In this document: piece after piece, positions 29,784 to 40,142 of the stretch
Position numbering within the stretch: position 1 is the first letter of the stretch
Layout of the letters: each line of letters opens with the position of its first letter
Notes under the pieces: model-generated
Databases searched by the model: none
What the model was told of the DNA's origin: nothing
Seen by the model: only the letters and a program-made list of their open reading frames with translations
Program-made: the position numbers and the translations under genes
Source of the DNA: an uncultured Planctomycetota bacterium
GTDB taxonomy: Bacteria; Planctomycetota; Planctomycetia; Isosphaerales; Isosphaeraceae
DNA length: 64,000 nt
Assembly (NCBI GenBank): GCA_963845755.1
Contig: CAWJTV010000034.1
Span: 640,001 to 704,000 of the forward strand
Direction: 5' to 3'

Positions 29784-31513
29784 TCACTTACTGCTTCCGA
29801 TCGCGGCGACGGTCGCCGGCAGACTTTTTGCCAGGGCGCGAGCGAAGGATTCGGCCGGCCCGGCACTCGTGCCACCGTTGGCACCAGCGAGGGTGTTCCC
29901 CTTGCGGAAGACAACGTTGACCAGGCCGATATTGTTGCTGATGACCATCTCGTCGGCGCCGTCCGACGAGATCATCTTCACCTCGGCGCCATCTTTCTTG
30001 ACGCCGGCGAGGTATTTCTCGAACATCGCCTTGGCTTCCTCGGCGTCGCGATAGGGCCGGAGGAAACCCTGCCAGGAGACATCTCCATCCTTGTAATCCG
30101 CCATAAAGACGTCGGAGAGGAAGCTATACCCGAAGACGTCCTGGGCGACGTACTTGGGTTCTCCCTCCCGCTTCGGAACGGGCAGGAGAGCGAAGAGGGT
30201 GGCGGGAGTGACCTCGGCGGCGGCCTTTGTCGCCGTGGCGGGGACTTCGCTAGCGGGCTTGCGGCGGTCCCGGTCGGAGCCGTCGTACCGGCCGGAGTCG
30301 TCGCGAACGCCTGGGAGCCTGATGGTGCGGCACCGCCGGGCTTCTGGCGGTCAGCGACTCGCCTGGCCACTTCCATCCCGAAGGCGGCGAACTTGGGGTC
30401 GTCCTGCGTCGAGACGATCTGAGTGTAATACTTCCCCGCGTAGAACAGCGTACTGCCGGCGGAGGTATATCCCTGATCGCCGATCGCGGCGGATTTGGCC
30501 TCGTCGGGCTTCTCCGATCCGTACTTGCCGAGGGCCTTGAGCGCGTCGGGCATCTCGAAGATGTAGAGCTGAATCTCGTTCGACGGGTCGCCGGTCGGGT
30601 GATAGAAGGCGTACGCCATCCCCTTGACGCCATACTGGAGGAAGCTCTCGGCGCGACCGTCGATCTTCTCGTAGAGGTTCTCGGCGTTGAAGGACTCGAT
30701 GTAATGCTCGCCCGACTTGCCGACGGTCCACTCCGCCGGCAGACCCGAGAGCGGCAGCATGGCGGCGATCGTGCGCTGGGGTTCGGGTACGGCGGCTAGC
30801 TCCGCCTCGACTTCCGCCGGACTCAACCCATGCCCCGCTGCCGGGGGCGGGGCCGGGGTGGTTACGGAGGGAGCTGACACCGTTGCGGCCACGACGGCCG
30901 GGCTCACGGCCGGCATGTTTGTAGCGATCGCACGCAGATCGACCGGGGGCGCGGTGTAATCGAGCAGTTGCTGCGGGCCGTCGAGCCCGACGCTCTGCCG
31001 GACCCCGGCCAGTGATTGCAACACGTTCGGGAACCGCTGCGATACCGAAGGGGACGTGCCCGCCACTGCTCGAAGCGCCAGCATCGACTCGTCCAGCTTC
31101 TTGACGTTGTCGACCAGGTGCTTCCGCACGAGTGCCAGCCGCTCCGTCTCCTGCTTGACGGCGGCGTCGGCCTCCCTGAGATCCTGGAACCCTCTGCCTT
31201 GCTCCAGCACGGACCAGGTCTTGTTCGGGTCGAACTCATACCGGTCCTTGTCGAAGGAACGGCTCTTGAGTACCAGCGCCGCGAAGATCGCCGGGATGCT
31301 CATCACGAGCATCATGCCGACCACGATCGACGAGAATTCGGGCCGCTGCAACACCCGCCCTCGACGGGCCTTGAACCAATCGAGGCGGCCCAGGACCGCG
31401 AACGCCAACGGCGTGGTGGCCAGCGCCACCAGCGCCGCCGAGAGCGCCAGAATCAGGAATGGGTCGCTCGTCAACTCGTCACGGTAGTGGGACCAGAGAC
31501 TCGTCAGGCTCAT
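29784..31513 (-). CDS. membrane-anchored DUF6599-like protein; frameshift ~30230
   Basis: Two N-terminal TMs, coiled coil, NLYEKIDGRAESFLQYG, IQLYIFEM..ALGKYG; C-terminus continues in ORF 29784..30104. Confidence 0.75.
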
Positions 31514-32446
31514 CGTGCCCCTCAGTCATCAATCATTTATGTTCGGATTCAGGATGGGGATCGGGTGGGCTCACCAATGACCAGAGTGCGAAGGAGGGAG
31601 AAAAAACCAGATCCGACGCTCGATTCGACCACGTTCAAATCGCGTTCGATACCCATTATAGCGGCACAGGGAAGCCACCAGCAACGAGGCTGCTCTGCAC
31701 TCCCGGATACATGATTCATCATGCGAGGATGATGCCACGCGCCCGAGGGACTTGGGGAATCCTGTCGGGCCCAAATCAGCCCGACTGAGATATCGGCGTC
31801 AACGGACCATGGAATGGCCGGGGCCTCGTCAGTAACCGTGCGATCCTGGAATACCGTCAAACCGACCTGACCGGCATCGCCAACAGAATCAATGTAATCC
31901 GGAGAATTAATGTAATCCTGGGATCCATTAGCCCTGATACTCCGGGGATTCTCAGCGTAATCCCTGCAACCGGCCATCCGGAATATTTTCCCCAATCCTC
32001 CATTTCTGGGTTCGTTTTCCGCAAAATCCTCCCGGAAGCTGGGCGCGTTGGCTTTGTTTTCATCGAATTCGCGTTCAACCAGCCGTGGGATGGCTTCGTT
32101 TTGACGAATCCGCGCCGACTCTTGACCCGTCTCGAGCCATCCGCCATTCGGCAGCAGGGCGTCCTGGCCTCGTATCGACGATTGAGCCATCTCGCGATCG
32201 CCGAGTGCATGGATTCGTGAGTTCCGATGTTTCTGTATCGATCCACTTGCTTGCATCATTTCGTCGCGCACCCCGAACGCCCAGGCAAGTCCCGTAACCT
32301 TAATGATTATACACACTTTTTCGAGCTCAGCATCTCGGCCCTGCGTTTTTTTTGGGACGGGGGCTGGTGAGATGGAGACGACGGTCAGCATGACTCCCAG
32401 GAAGCCATCGACCCCGAGCGTACCGTTGAGCGGCGAAGCGAAGTCA

Positions 32447-33827
32447 GGTTCATCCGGCAGAAGCGCGCGCGGGGTTGAAAAACGTGGACACACTGATTCC
32501 ACTTGGAGTTGTGTCAAGAGACTCCAAACCGGGAGGTCAGCATGTCCACCAGTTTTTTGTACCATGCCTTCGGCATCCGGGGCTACCAGTACGTGCGCAC
32601 CGAGTATCAGAATGGTCAGGTGATCTTCACCATTCACCAAGAACCGGAGACCTACCGGTGTTCGGCCTGCGGTTGTCGTCAGGTCATCTCGCGGGGCCAG
32701 GTCGAGCGCCGCTTCCGATCCTTGCCCATTGGCGGCCGAGCGACGTTCGTGGTCTTCCCGATCCCGCGCGTGGAGTGTCAGGCGTGTGGAGTGGTGCGTC
32801 AGGTCGAAGTCCCCTTTGCCGACCCCAGACGGAGCTACACCAAGGCCTTCGAGCGGTATGCGCTCGAGCTGTCCAAACGCATGACGATCCGCGACGTGGC
32901 CGTCCACTTGGGGGTCGGCTGGGACGTGATCAAGGACATCCAGAAACGCGACCTGTCGCGCCGCTTCGCCAAGCCCAAGCTCAAACATCTGCGGGCCATC
33001 GCCATCGACGAGATCGCCGTCGCCAAGGGGCACCGCTACCTGACGGTGGTCATGGACTTGGAGAGCGGCGCCGTGGTCTTCGTCGGCGATGGCAAGGGGG
33101 CCGATGCGCTGAAGCCGTTCTGGAAGCGACTGCGGCCCAGCGGGGCCAAGATCCAGGCGGTGGCCATGGACATGTCGGGGGGGTATCAGGCGGCGGTCCG
33201 GACCAACCTGCCCCAGGCGAAGATCGTCTTCGATCACTTCCACGTGATCAAGCTGTTCAACGAGAAGCTCTCGGACCTGCGCCGGGCCCTGTATCGCGAG
33301 GCGACCGACGTGCAGCACAAGGCGGTCCTCAAGGGGACGCGGTGGCTGCTGCTGAAGAACGCCGAGAACCTTGACCCGGAGAAGGATGAGAAGGGTCGGT
33401 TGCAGGAGGCGCTGAAGCTGAACGAGCCGTTGGCTGTGGCCTACTACATGAAGGAGGACCTGCGTCGGTTCTGGGAGCAGCCGGGGAAGCAGTTCGCGAC
33501 GACGTTCCTGGACGGCTGGATTCGCCGAGCGGAGGCATCGGGGATCAAGATCCTGCAGCAGATGGCCAAGACGCTGGCGGCGCACCGCTCGGGCCTGCTG
33601 GCGTATTACGATGTGATGATCACCAGCGGTCCGCTGGAGGGGACCAACAACAAGATCAAGACGATGAAGCGGCAAGTGTACGGGTTCAGGGACCTGGAAT
33701 TCTTCAAGCTAAAGATCCTGGCGATCCATGAAACGAGGTATGCCTTGGTGGGCTGAGATCAGTGGGGCGTTACTACACAATAACTTGCGTCGGTGTCGAA
33801 TTCGCGCACGCTACTTCCGGATGAACC
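32447..33827 (+). mobile_element. ISL3-family IS
   Basis: ~25-bp imperfect IR GGTTCATCCGGCAGAAGCGCGCGCG / revcomp GGTTCATCCGGAAGTAGCGTGCGCG; no TSD seen. Confidence 0.9.
32542..33756 (+). CDS. ISL3 family transposase
   Basis: RBS GGGAGG; CSACG, IAIDE, AMDMS, FDHFHV, LEGTNNKIK..YGFRD. Confidence 0.95.
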   Translation: MSTSFLYHAFGIRGYQYVRTEYQNGQVIFTIHQEPETYRCSACGCRQVISRGQVERRFRSLPIGGRATFVVFPIPRVECQACGVVRQVEVPFADPRRSYTKAFERYALELSKRMTIRDVAVHLGVGWDVIKDIQKRDLSRRFAKPKLKHLRAIAIDEIAVAKGHRYLTVVMDLESGAVVFVGDGKGADALKPFWKRLRPSGAKIQAVAMDMSGGYQAAVRTNLPQAKIVFDHFHVIKLFNEKLSDLRRALYREATDVQHKAVLKGTRWLLLKNAENLDPEKDEKGRLQEALKLNEPLAVAYYMKEDLRRFWEQPGKQFATTFLDGWIRRAEASGIKILQQMAKTLAAHRSGLLAYYDVMITSGPLEGTNNKIKTMKRQVYGFRDLEFFKLKILAIHETRYALVG

Positions 33828-34022
33828 GGACACCCTTTATCGCTGCCGACTCCTCGTATGTGCCGAACTGAACTACTTAAGAAGCGAGTGATTGATCGTC
33901 CGGACCGGTACGAGCCGAGGGCGGTGAAGCGGCGGCCGAATCCGCATCCGTTGCTGCGGATGGCCCGAAAGAGGGCCAAGGTTCTGATCAAACGAGGTAT
34001 CATACCCTACAGCAAAGCATAG
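33828..34022 (+). pseudogene. 3' remnant of an IS4-family transposase
   Basis: DRPDRYEPRAVKRRPNPHPLLRMARKRAK resembles RPDRVEPRARKRRPKPYPLL of the IS4 at 40162. Confidence 0.7.
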
Positions 34023-34127
34023 CCTCATTCGCGGAAGAGGGTCGCCGCAACCTATTCAAGGAAGACGGCTTTGCGTTATCCTCGTGCGATTCGGGCCTGA
34101 TCCGCTCGGTGCGCTCGAAGAGGACAA

Positions 34128-35217
34128 ATGATGAGGATGCTGATTTATCCCCTGATCCTGGTGGTCGTGCTCTCCCCTCAATGCCGCGGACTTTCCCGCG
34201 CCGACCGGAGGGGACTTTGTCCTCCGAGACTTCCGCTTTGTCTCGGGTGAGATCCTGCCCGAACTCCGAATCCACTACCGCACCCTCGGCGCGATGCAGA
34301 AGGACCGGCACGGCGTCGTCCGCAACGCGGTCCTCATCCTGCACGGGACCACCGGCAGCGGCGCGAGCTTCCTCCGACCGGAATTCGCGGGAGAGCTCTT
34401 CGGCAAGGATCAGCCCCTCGACGCCGCCCGAACCTTCATCATCCTGCCCGACGGCATCGGTCACGGCGGATCGAGCAAACCCAGCGATGGCCTCCGCGCC
34501 CGCTTCCCGAGGTATGGCTACAAGGACATGATCGAGGCGCAACACCGGCTCCTGACCCAGGGACTCAAGGTCGATCACCTGCGACTGGTCCTGGGCACCT
34601 CGATGGGGGGCATGCAGACCTGGCTGTGGGGGCAAACCTATCCGGAATTCATGGACGCCCTGGTGCCGTTAGCATCCTTGCCGGCCCAGATTTCGGGGCG
34701 GAACCGGGTCTGGCGGCGGATCGTCGCCGACGCGATTCGCAACGACCCGGCGTGGGACCGCGGCGATTACCGGACCCAGCCTCCCGGGCTTCGGACCGCC
34801 GCCGAAATGCTCTTCTTCATGTCCAACAATCCGGTCGAGCGGCAGAAGGAGGCACCGACCCGCGAGCGGGCAGACCGGGTCCTGGATGAGTACTTGGCCA
34901 GGACGATCCGGCCGATGGACGCCAACGACGTGTTGTACGCGATCGAGAGCTCGGCGGACTACGACCCCGGACCAGGACTGGAGCGGATCACGGCACCGCT
35001 GGTGGCGATTAACTTCGAGGACGACCTGATCAACCCGCCCGAGTTGGGCATCCTCGAGCGCGAGATCAAGCGAGTCCGTAGGGGCCAAGCATTCGTAATC
35101 CGGCGGAGCGACCGGACGAGAGGTCACGGCACCCACACGCTCGCCGCCGTCTGGAAGGACCACCTGATCCGGCTGCTGCATGACATCAATCGCGGGGATC
35201 CCGGCGCGGGAGGATGA
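34128..35217 (+). CDS. secreted homoserine O-acetyltransferase-like alpha/beta hydrolase; frameshift near N-terminus
   Basis: Signal peptide at ATG 34128; DFRFVSGEILPELRIHYRTLG, LHGTTGSG, GTSMGG, DDLINPPE, GHGTH. Confidence 0.82.
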
Positions 35218-35220
35218 ACG

Positions 35221-36726
35221 ATGTGGCGATCGCTCTGGTCCCGACTGCAACGACGACCACCCAATGTCGTCTGGATCTGCGCCGACGATTTCGCCCCCTA
35301 CGTGAGCCGCACCTACGGCAACCCACTGGCCAGGACACCGAACCTCGACCGGCTCGCGGCGCAGGGCATCCGCTTCGACCGAGCATACTGCGCCTGCCCA
35401 CTCTCGACCCCTTCGCGGATGTCGTTCCTGACGGGTCGTTATCCCCGCTCGGTCGGCGTCACGCTCTCACGGACCGCGCTGCCGGAAGACGAGGTCACGA
35501 TCGGGACCCTGCTCAGGCGGTTGGGCTACGAGGCGACGGCGCTGGGGAAGACCCACTATTACGAACCGCTGCACGGCGAGTTCGATCGGTGCGTTGATCT
35601 CTTCGAGCACGAGGCATGGCTGGCAGCGAGGCCGTCCGAGCCGGTCCCGCCGAACGTCGAGGTCCTCGGACCGTGGCGACCGTTTTACGACGACGCCTCC
35701 GTGTGGCTCAATAGTGCTTGCCTGCCCTACGCCCCCGACGCCGAGATGCCGGATACCTTCTTCGCGGGCCTGGTCCCGCGTTATCTCAGGCGGAGTCGAT
35801 CGAAGCCGTTCTTCCTCTGGGTCGGATTCTATGTGACCCACTCGCCGTTCCGGTTCCCTATCGAATTCCGGGGCCGCTTTGACCCCTCATCATTTGGCCT
35901 GCCCGAGATCGTGCTCGACGACATGGACCTGATCCCGCCCGTCTTTCGGGACCTGACCGACGACGAGAAACGAGGGATTGCAGCCGCCTACTACACCTCG
36001 GTCGAGTACATGGATCGGAACGTGGGGCTCATCCTCGACGCGCTCGACCGGTCCCGCCACGCTGATGAAACGCTCGTGGTCTTCAACAGCGACCACGGCT
36101 ACCTGCTCGGGCAGCATGGTCGCTTCGAGAAGCACTGCTGCTACGAGGAGGCGGTCCGGTCGGCGCTGATCATGCGGATGCCTGGTGTGATCGCACCCGG
36201 CCGGACGACCTCGGCGCTGGTCGAACTCATCGACGTGGTGCCAACGATCCTCGAACTGTGCGAGGTCGATCGACCAGCCAACGTCCAGGGTAGATCCCTG
36301 GTCCCGCTGCTGCGTGCCGAGGTCGAACGGCACCGCGACCACGTCGTGGTCGAGTACGCTGACAACGCGGAAGCCATGATCCGGACCGAGCGTTGGAAGC
36401 TGGTCTATTCGGCGGGGAACCGTAGACGACAGGACGGATACGCCCTGGACGCCGTTGCACCGGGCAAGTCGATCCGCCTCTACGACCTGGAGGACGACCC
36501 GGGCGAACTCAGGGACGTGGCGGGGATGACCGGGAACGCCGCCGTGATCGGCGACTTGCTCGCCCCGCTCGCCGATCACATGCAGAGGACCGCCCGCGAG
36601 GTCGATCGGGTCCCACAGACCGAAGATATCCATGCCCTACTCTCATTCTGCCTGCCGCCGGAGCAGTCCGTGTGGACATCCAGGCTCTCCCAACGGAATC
36701 TCGATTCCGGCGGTGAGTGCCTGTAA
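35221..36726 (+). CDS. sulfatase (choline-sulfatase-like), Ser-type active-site motif
   Basis: PNVVWICADD, RTPNLDRLA, LSTPSRMSFLTG, GKTH, SDHG, LYDLEDDPGE. Confidence 0.9.
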   Translation: MWRSLWSRLQRRPPNVVWICADDFAPYVSRTYGNPLARTPNLDRLAAQGIRFDRAYCACPLSTPSRMSFLTGRYPRSVGVTLSRTALPEDEVTIGTLLRRLGYEATALGKTHYYEPLHGEFDRCVDLFEHEAWLAARPSEPVPPNVEVLGPWRPFYDDASVWLNSACLPYAPDAEMPDTFFAGLVPRYLRRSRSKPFFLWVGFYVTHSPFRFPIEFRGRFDPSSFGLPEIVLDDMDLIPPVFRDLTDDEKRGIAAAYYTSVEYMDRNVGLILDALDRSRHADETLVVFNSDHGYLLGQHGRFEKHCCYEEAVRSALIMRMPGVIAPGRTTSALVELIDVVPTILELCEVDRPANVQGRSLVPLLRAEVERHRDHVVVEYADNAEAMIRTERWKLVYSAGNRRRQDGYALDAVAPGKSIRLYDLEDDPGELRDVAGMTGNAAVIGDLLAPLADHMQRTAREVDRVPQTEDIHALLSFCLPPEQSVWTSRLSQRNLDSGGECL

Positions 36727-36877
36727 GGTAAGTGACGGGACAGGAGACGTCTCGCAGGATCGGCATCCACGTTCACTCTCGGCGCCCGGTCCGGCTGCCT
36801 ATAAGACCCGATGACGATTAGGCACGTACGAAGATCATGATGGGCCCTCGCTACGGTGAGGCCGGAGGAGAACGTCC

Positions 36878-38284
36878 ATGAGCGCGTCGCCCTACTTCGA
36901 GGATGCGGCCGATTATCACGACTGGTGGTTCTTTTCCGGCACGGGCCTGGGTGCGGCGACCCCGGGCGAGACATTGAAGCGTCTCCATGACCAACTGTCC
37001 GAGGCCGGCGCAAACACGGTGATCGCGATCCGGTTCCTGGATGAGAACGAACGGGGCATCGACCCGCAACTCTGGCGCAGGGCTTTCGTCTTCGGGCACG
37101 TGGGCTTGCAGGTCACGCTCAGCTTGCAGGCGCTCGAGGCGATCGGGGCGGTCGGGATTGTTAGGGCCCTGCGATCGTCCCACGGCGAGCCATCCTTCAT
37201 CACCCAGGCCCAGGAGATGGCGAGGTCCGGCAACTATGACACTGGGGAACTCCCGGAGATCCACAAAGGGCTGCGCGAGAACATCGCCATCGGCATGTCG
37301 CATGTCCTGGGCGATATCCCCGAGGGGCTCCAGGCGGCAATCCCACCGCCCCGACCGCCCGAGGGGGTCGAAACGCGCGAGGTCCTCCGTCGCCTGATCG
37401 ATGCGTACGTCGCGGCTCACCAGGAGGATCTGGGCCGTGATGTGGCGAGGTACGGCGACTCGCGCCGGCACCCCGACTTCGATCCCCGGCGCGCCCGGGA
37501 AGAGCGGGCGCGGCGGATCAACCATTTGAACGATCAGGGATACCAACGCAATGCGATCGACGGCCTCCGCGAGCGGCTCGATAAACTCAAGGCCCTGGCA
37601 GAGAACGAGTCGCCCGAGTCGCCCCGACTGAACAAGGCTTTACGGAGCGTCCTGGAGGAATACGAGGGCTTTGGCAAGCATCCCCCCGAAGACCTCACGC
37701 TCGAGGTCGCGGCGTGGCTTCGCGAGGTCGAACGGTTCCGCGACGCCCATCCCGACGCGCTGGCGCCGAAGGCGAGCACGGACGAGAGCGTCAACGCCCA
37801 GCTCGCCGAGATCGGTCCGTACGAAGTGTCCTACGACCGCGAGACCCCCTCCATCCGGTGGCGAAAGCCGGCCGGGCTAGCCTGCGACTGGACCAGGATC
37901 CAGTTGAGTTTCAGCGTCGTCCTCGAGAAGAGGACCGATCCATCGTGCGTGAACGCGGCGCTCAACGCGCTGTGCGACGAATGGGGCCGATTCCGGGCAC
38001 GGTGGCCCGAGTTTCGTCCCGAGCTGGAGCGGTATGTCATAGACCTCTTCCGCAACGTGATCTCCGGTAACCTCCCCACCGACGAACGCGCAGCCTATGA
38101 GGACGACGACGGCGAACTATCCGAGGAGAAGATCCTGAGGGCCGTCAAGGGAGGGACGATCGTGCTGACTCGTTGCTTCGAGGAACCGGTAAACTCAGAG
38201 ATCTGCCTCGGTGTGCCCTGGGATGAGGAGCACGGGATCGAGGTGCAGTTCGACGCCGACGGCGAGATCCTCCTCTGGTTCTGA
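36878..38284 (+). CDS. hypothetical protein, C-terminal DUF6985-like domain
   Basis: RBS GGAGG; 468-aa ORF with protein-like composition; C-terminal WDEEHGIEVQF. Confidence 0.65.
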   Translation: MSASPYFEDAADYHDWWFFSGTGLGAATPGETLKRLHDQLSEAGANTVIAIRFLDENERGIDPQLWRRAFVFGHVGLQVTLSLQALEAIGAVGIVRALRSSHGEPSFITQAQEMARSGNYDTGELPEIHKGLRENIAIGMSHVLGDIPEGLQAAIPPPRPPEGVETREVLRRLIDAYVAAHQEDLGRDVARYGDSRRHPDFDPRRAREERARRINHLNDQGYQRNAIDGLRERLDKLKALAENESPESPRLNKALRSVLEEYEGFGKHPPEDLTLEVAAWLREVERFRDAHPDALAPKASTDESVNAQLAEIGPYEVSYDRETPSIRWRKPAGLACDWTRIQLSFSVVLEKRTDPSCVNAALNALCDEWGRFRARWPEFRPELERYVIDLFRNVISGNLPTDERAAYEDDDGELSEEKILRAVKGGTIVLTRCFEEPVNSEICLGVPWDEEHGIEVQFDADGEILLWF

Positions 38285-38367
38285 GGCGTCGTCCCTCGCC
38301 AGTCCTCTTAAATCAAACCGGACATGAAACACTTCCATAGGACTGGGCGTTGGTTTATTTGCTTCGC

Positions 38368-38457
38368 GGAGGGTCGGGGAGGGTCGGGGTCAGACCGAGT
38401 TTCAAGTTTTTTCGCGAGGCTGGATAAAGAATCTAGAAACTCGGTCTTTATTCCCCC
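38368..38457. repeat. REP-like inverted repeat with a stuttered left end
   Basis: AGACCGAGTTTC 38392-38403 / GAAACTCGGTCT 38436-38447; GGAGGGTCGG tandem x2; arm matches 196-213. Confidence 0.65.
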
Positions 38458-38462
38458 CAAGA

Positions 38463-39650
38463 TTATTTTATCGAGAAATAATACACCTTCGAATCGTCGC
38501 TTCCGGCGGCGATCGCGGACGCATCAGCGGAGATTTGCATGGGCCAGCTCATGTTGCTTGTGGCGAAGCTCCCGACCAGCGTTCCGTCCGATTTGAACAA
38601 GTAGAAATCCCCCGGAGTCTTGTCGGGGTAGCCATCCGCCACCGTCACATATGAACCGGCCGAATCGATGGACGAACTGTTGGGATTGTGTTTGGTCGGC
38701 TGCGTCCAAAGCTGTTGTCCCGAAGTTCCGCCGTTGGCAAAAACAAAGACTTTGCCGGCAGTCTTGCTGTTGCCCACGGCCGATAGCAAGGAACCGTCGT
38801 CGGACAGCGCCACTGATCGGCATCCGCGGCATCCGGTCAAGGGCGCGCTCCAGGCCGGTTGAGGCTTCGTGCCGAAACTGGACGTCTGAAAACAGTGGAC
38901 GGCCGCGTCGCTCCCCGCGATGGCAAACGTCAACCCATCGGCCGACATCGCCACCCAATGAATCGAGCCGTTATTCAGTTGCCACGTCACGGGAGCACCC
39001 AAGGTCCCCGAGCTATTCTTCACGAGAATCACGGAGCCCCGGAACGTTCCCGCCGCGATCCACTGGCCATCGGCCGAGATCGCCACGGCCACCACGCTGT
39101 CTCCCGAGGCGATCGGTACGTTCTGCGGCGCGTTCCACGTCGTTCCGGTTCGCGAGAACAAGTAAACGTCGTCGGCTCCCGCGACCATGAAGGAGCCGTC
39201 GTTCGAGACGGCCACCATATTGACGCGAGTCTTCGTGTTGTAAGCGTAAACTCGTTTTCCGGAGGCGACGTTATAGACATAAAGAAACCCGTTTGCGGAC
39301 GCCGCAAGTCCTGCGGCGGCGGCCCACCGGCCGTCGCGCGACAAACCGACCCAATAGACGCCTTCTGTGGCCTGGAACTCGTCCTGCCAAAGCGACTTGC
39401 CCTTGGCGTTCCAGGCGAATGTCCCCACTGTGATGAGCTTGGCGTCCGCTTGACTATGCTTCGCTCCCGCGGCGTAAGGGAAAAAGAACGTCCCCGCAAC
39501 GATCGTCTGTCCATCGCCCGAGATCGCCACGGAATTGACATATTCTTGCGGCGAGGAAATCGGCGATTTCTTCCACGTTGGCGTCAGGCCCGAGGACTTC
39601 TTGCTCTTGGACTTTGTTTTAGACTCAGATGTCGATTTTGATCGGGCCAT
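38463..39650 (-). CDS. WD40-like beta-propeller protein
   Basis: Repeated VAISxDGxxIxAG blades. Confidence 0.85.
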   Translation of the reverse strand: MARSKSTSESKTKSKSKKSSGLTPTWKKSPISSPQEYVNSVAISGDGQTIVAGTFFFPYAAGAKHSQADAKLITVGTFAWNAKGKSLWQDEFQATEGVYWVGLSRDGRWAAAAGLAASANGFLYVYNVASGKRVYAYNTKTRVNMVAVSNDGSFMVAGADDVYLFSRTGTTWNAPQNVPIASGDSVVAVAISADGQWIAAGTFRGSVILVKNSSGTLGAPVTWQLNNGSIHWVAMSADGLTFAIAGSDAAVHCFQTSSFGTKPQPAWSAPLTGCRGCRSVALSDDGSLLSAVGNSKTAGKVFVFANGGTSGQQLWTQPTKHNPNSSSIDSAGSYVTVADGYPDKTPGDFYLFKSDGTLVGSFATSNMSWPMQISADASAIAAGSDDSKVYYFSIK

Positions 39651-39907
39651 AAGTCATTCCTCGTGTGGTTTTCGAAGTTGGGAAACGTCGCGAGTGATCG
39701 CAACCGGGATTTCCTCTATGAGCGCTGACCTGCTCGTCCGGAACTTCGGTCGGCTCAAATCAACACGCTTTGAACACCAGCCGCATTTCCGAGTCCAGGG
39801 AAAAATGGCGAGATTGGGCGGCCGGCAAGCCGGATGTCCGACCGGACGTTCCGACGGCCCCTTCGACTCCTTCCTCGCCCAGTCACCATGACCTCAGGGC
39901 AGACCAG

Positions 39908-40124
39908 TTCCCGCGCCTGAAAGGCGAAGCCTTCGGGTTCCGTTACGCGGACGACTTTGTGATCGGGGTGGCCCGAGAAGACGACGCCCAGCGCATCCGG
40001 GAGGTCTTACCCAAGCGGATGAGCAAGTACGGCCTGACGGTCCACCCGGAGAATGGAGAAGCGATGCCGTCTTCCCCGCGCCCGAGTGGTCCACGGCCTG
40101 CTGAGCGGCGTAGCGAAGTCATGA
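39908..40124 (+). pseudogene. group II intron reverse transcriptase/maturase remnant (internally deleted)
   Basis: [42 protein letters not shown] joined to the C-terminal tail [11 protein letters not shown]. Confidence 0.8.
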
Positions 40125-40142
40125 GATGAAGAGCCAGATGCG

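Noticed and set aside
31549..33675. 708-aa minus ORF
   Set aside because: Mostly the antisense shadow of the ISL3 transposase and crosses the IS boundary.
34128..35217. metX
   Set aside because: A signal peptide and divergent motifs suggest a MetX-like hydrolase, not the biosynthetic enzyme.
39770..40129. Retron, DGR or defence RT
   Set aside because: Only a short YADD fragment, followed by group II DV/DVI; no TR/VR pair or msr-msd seen.
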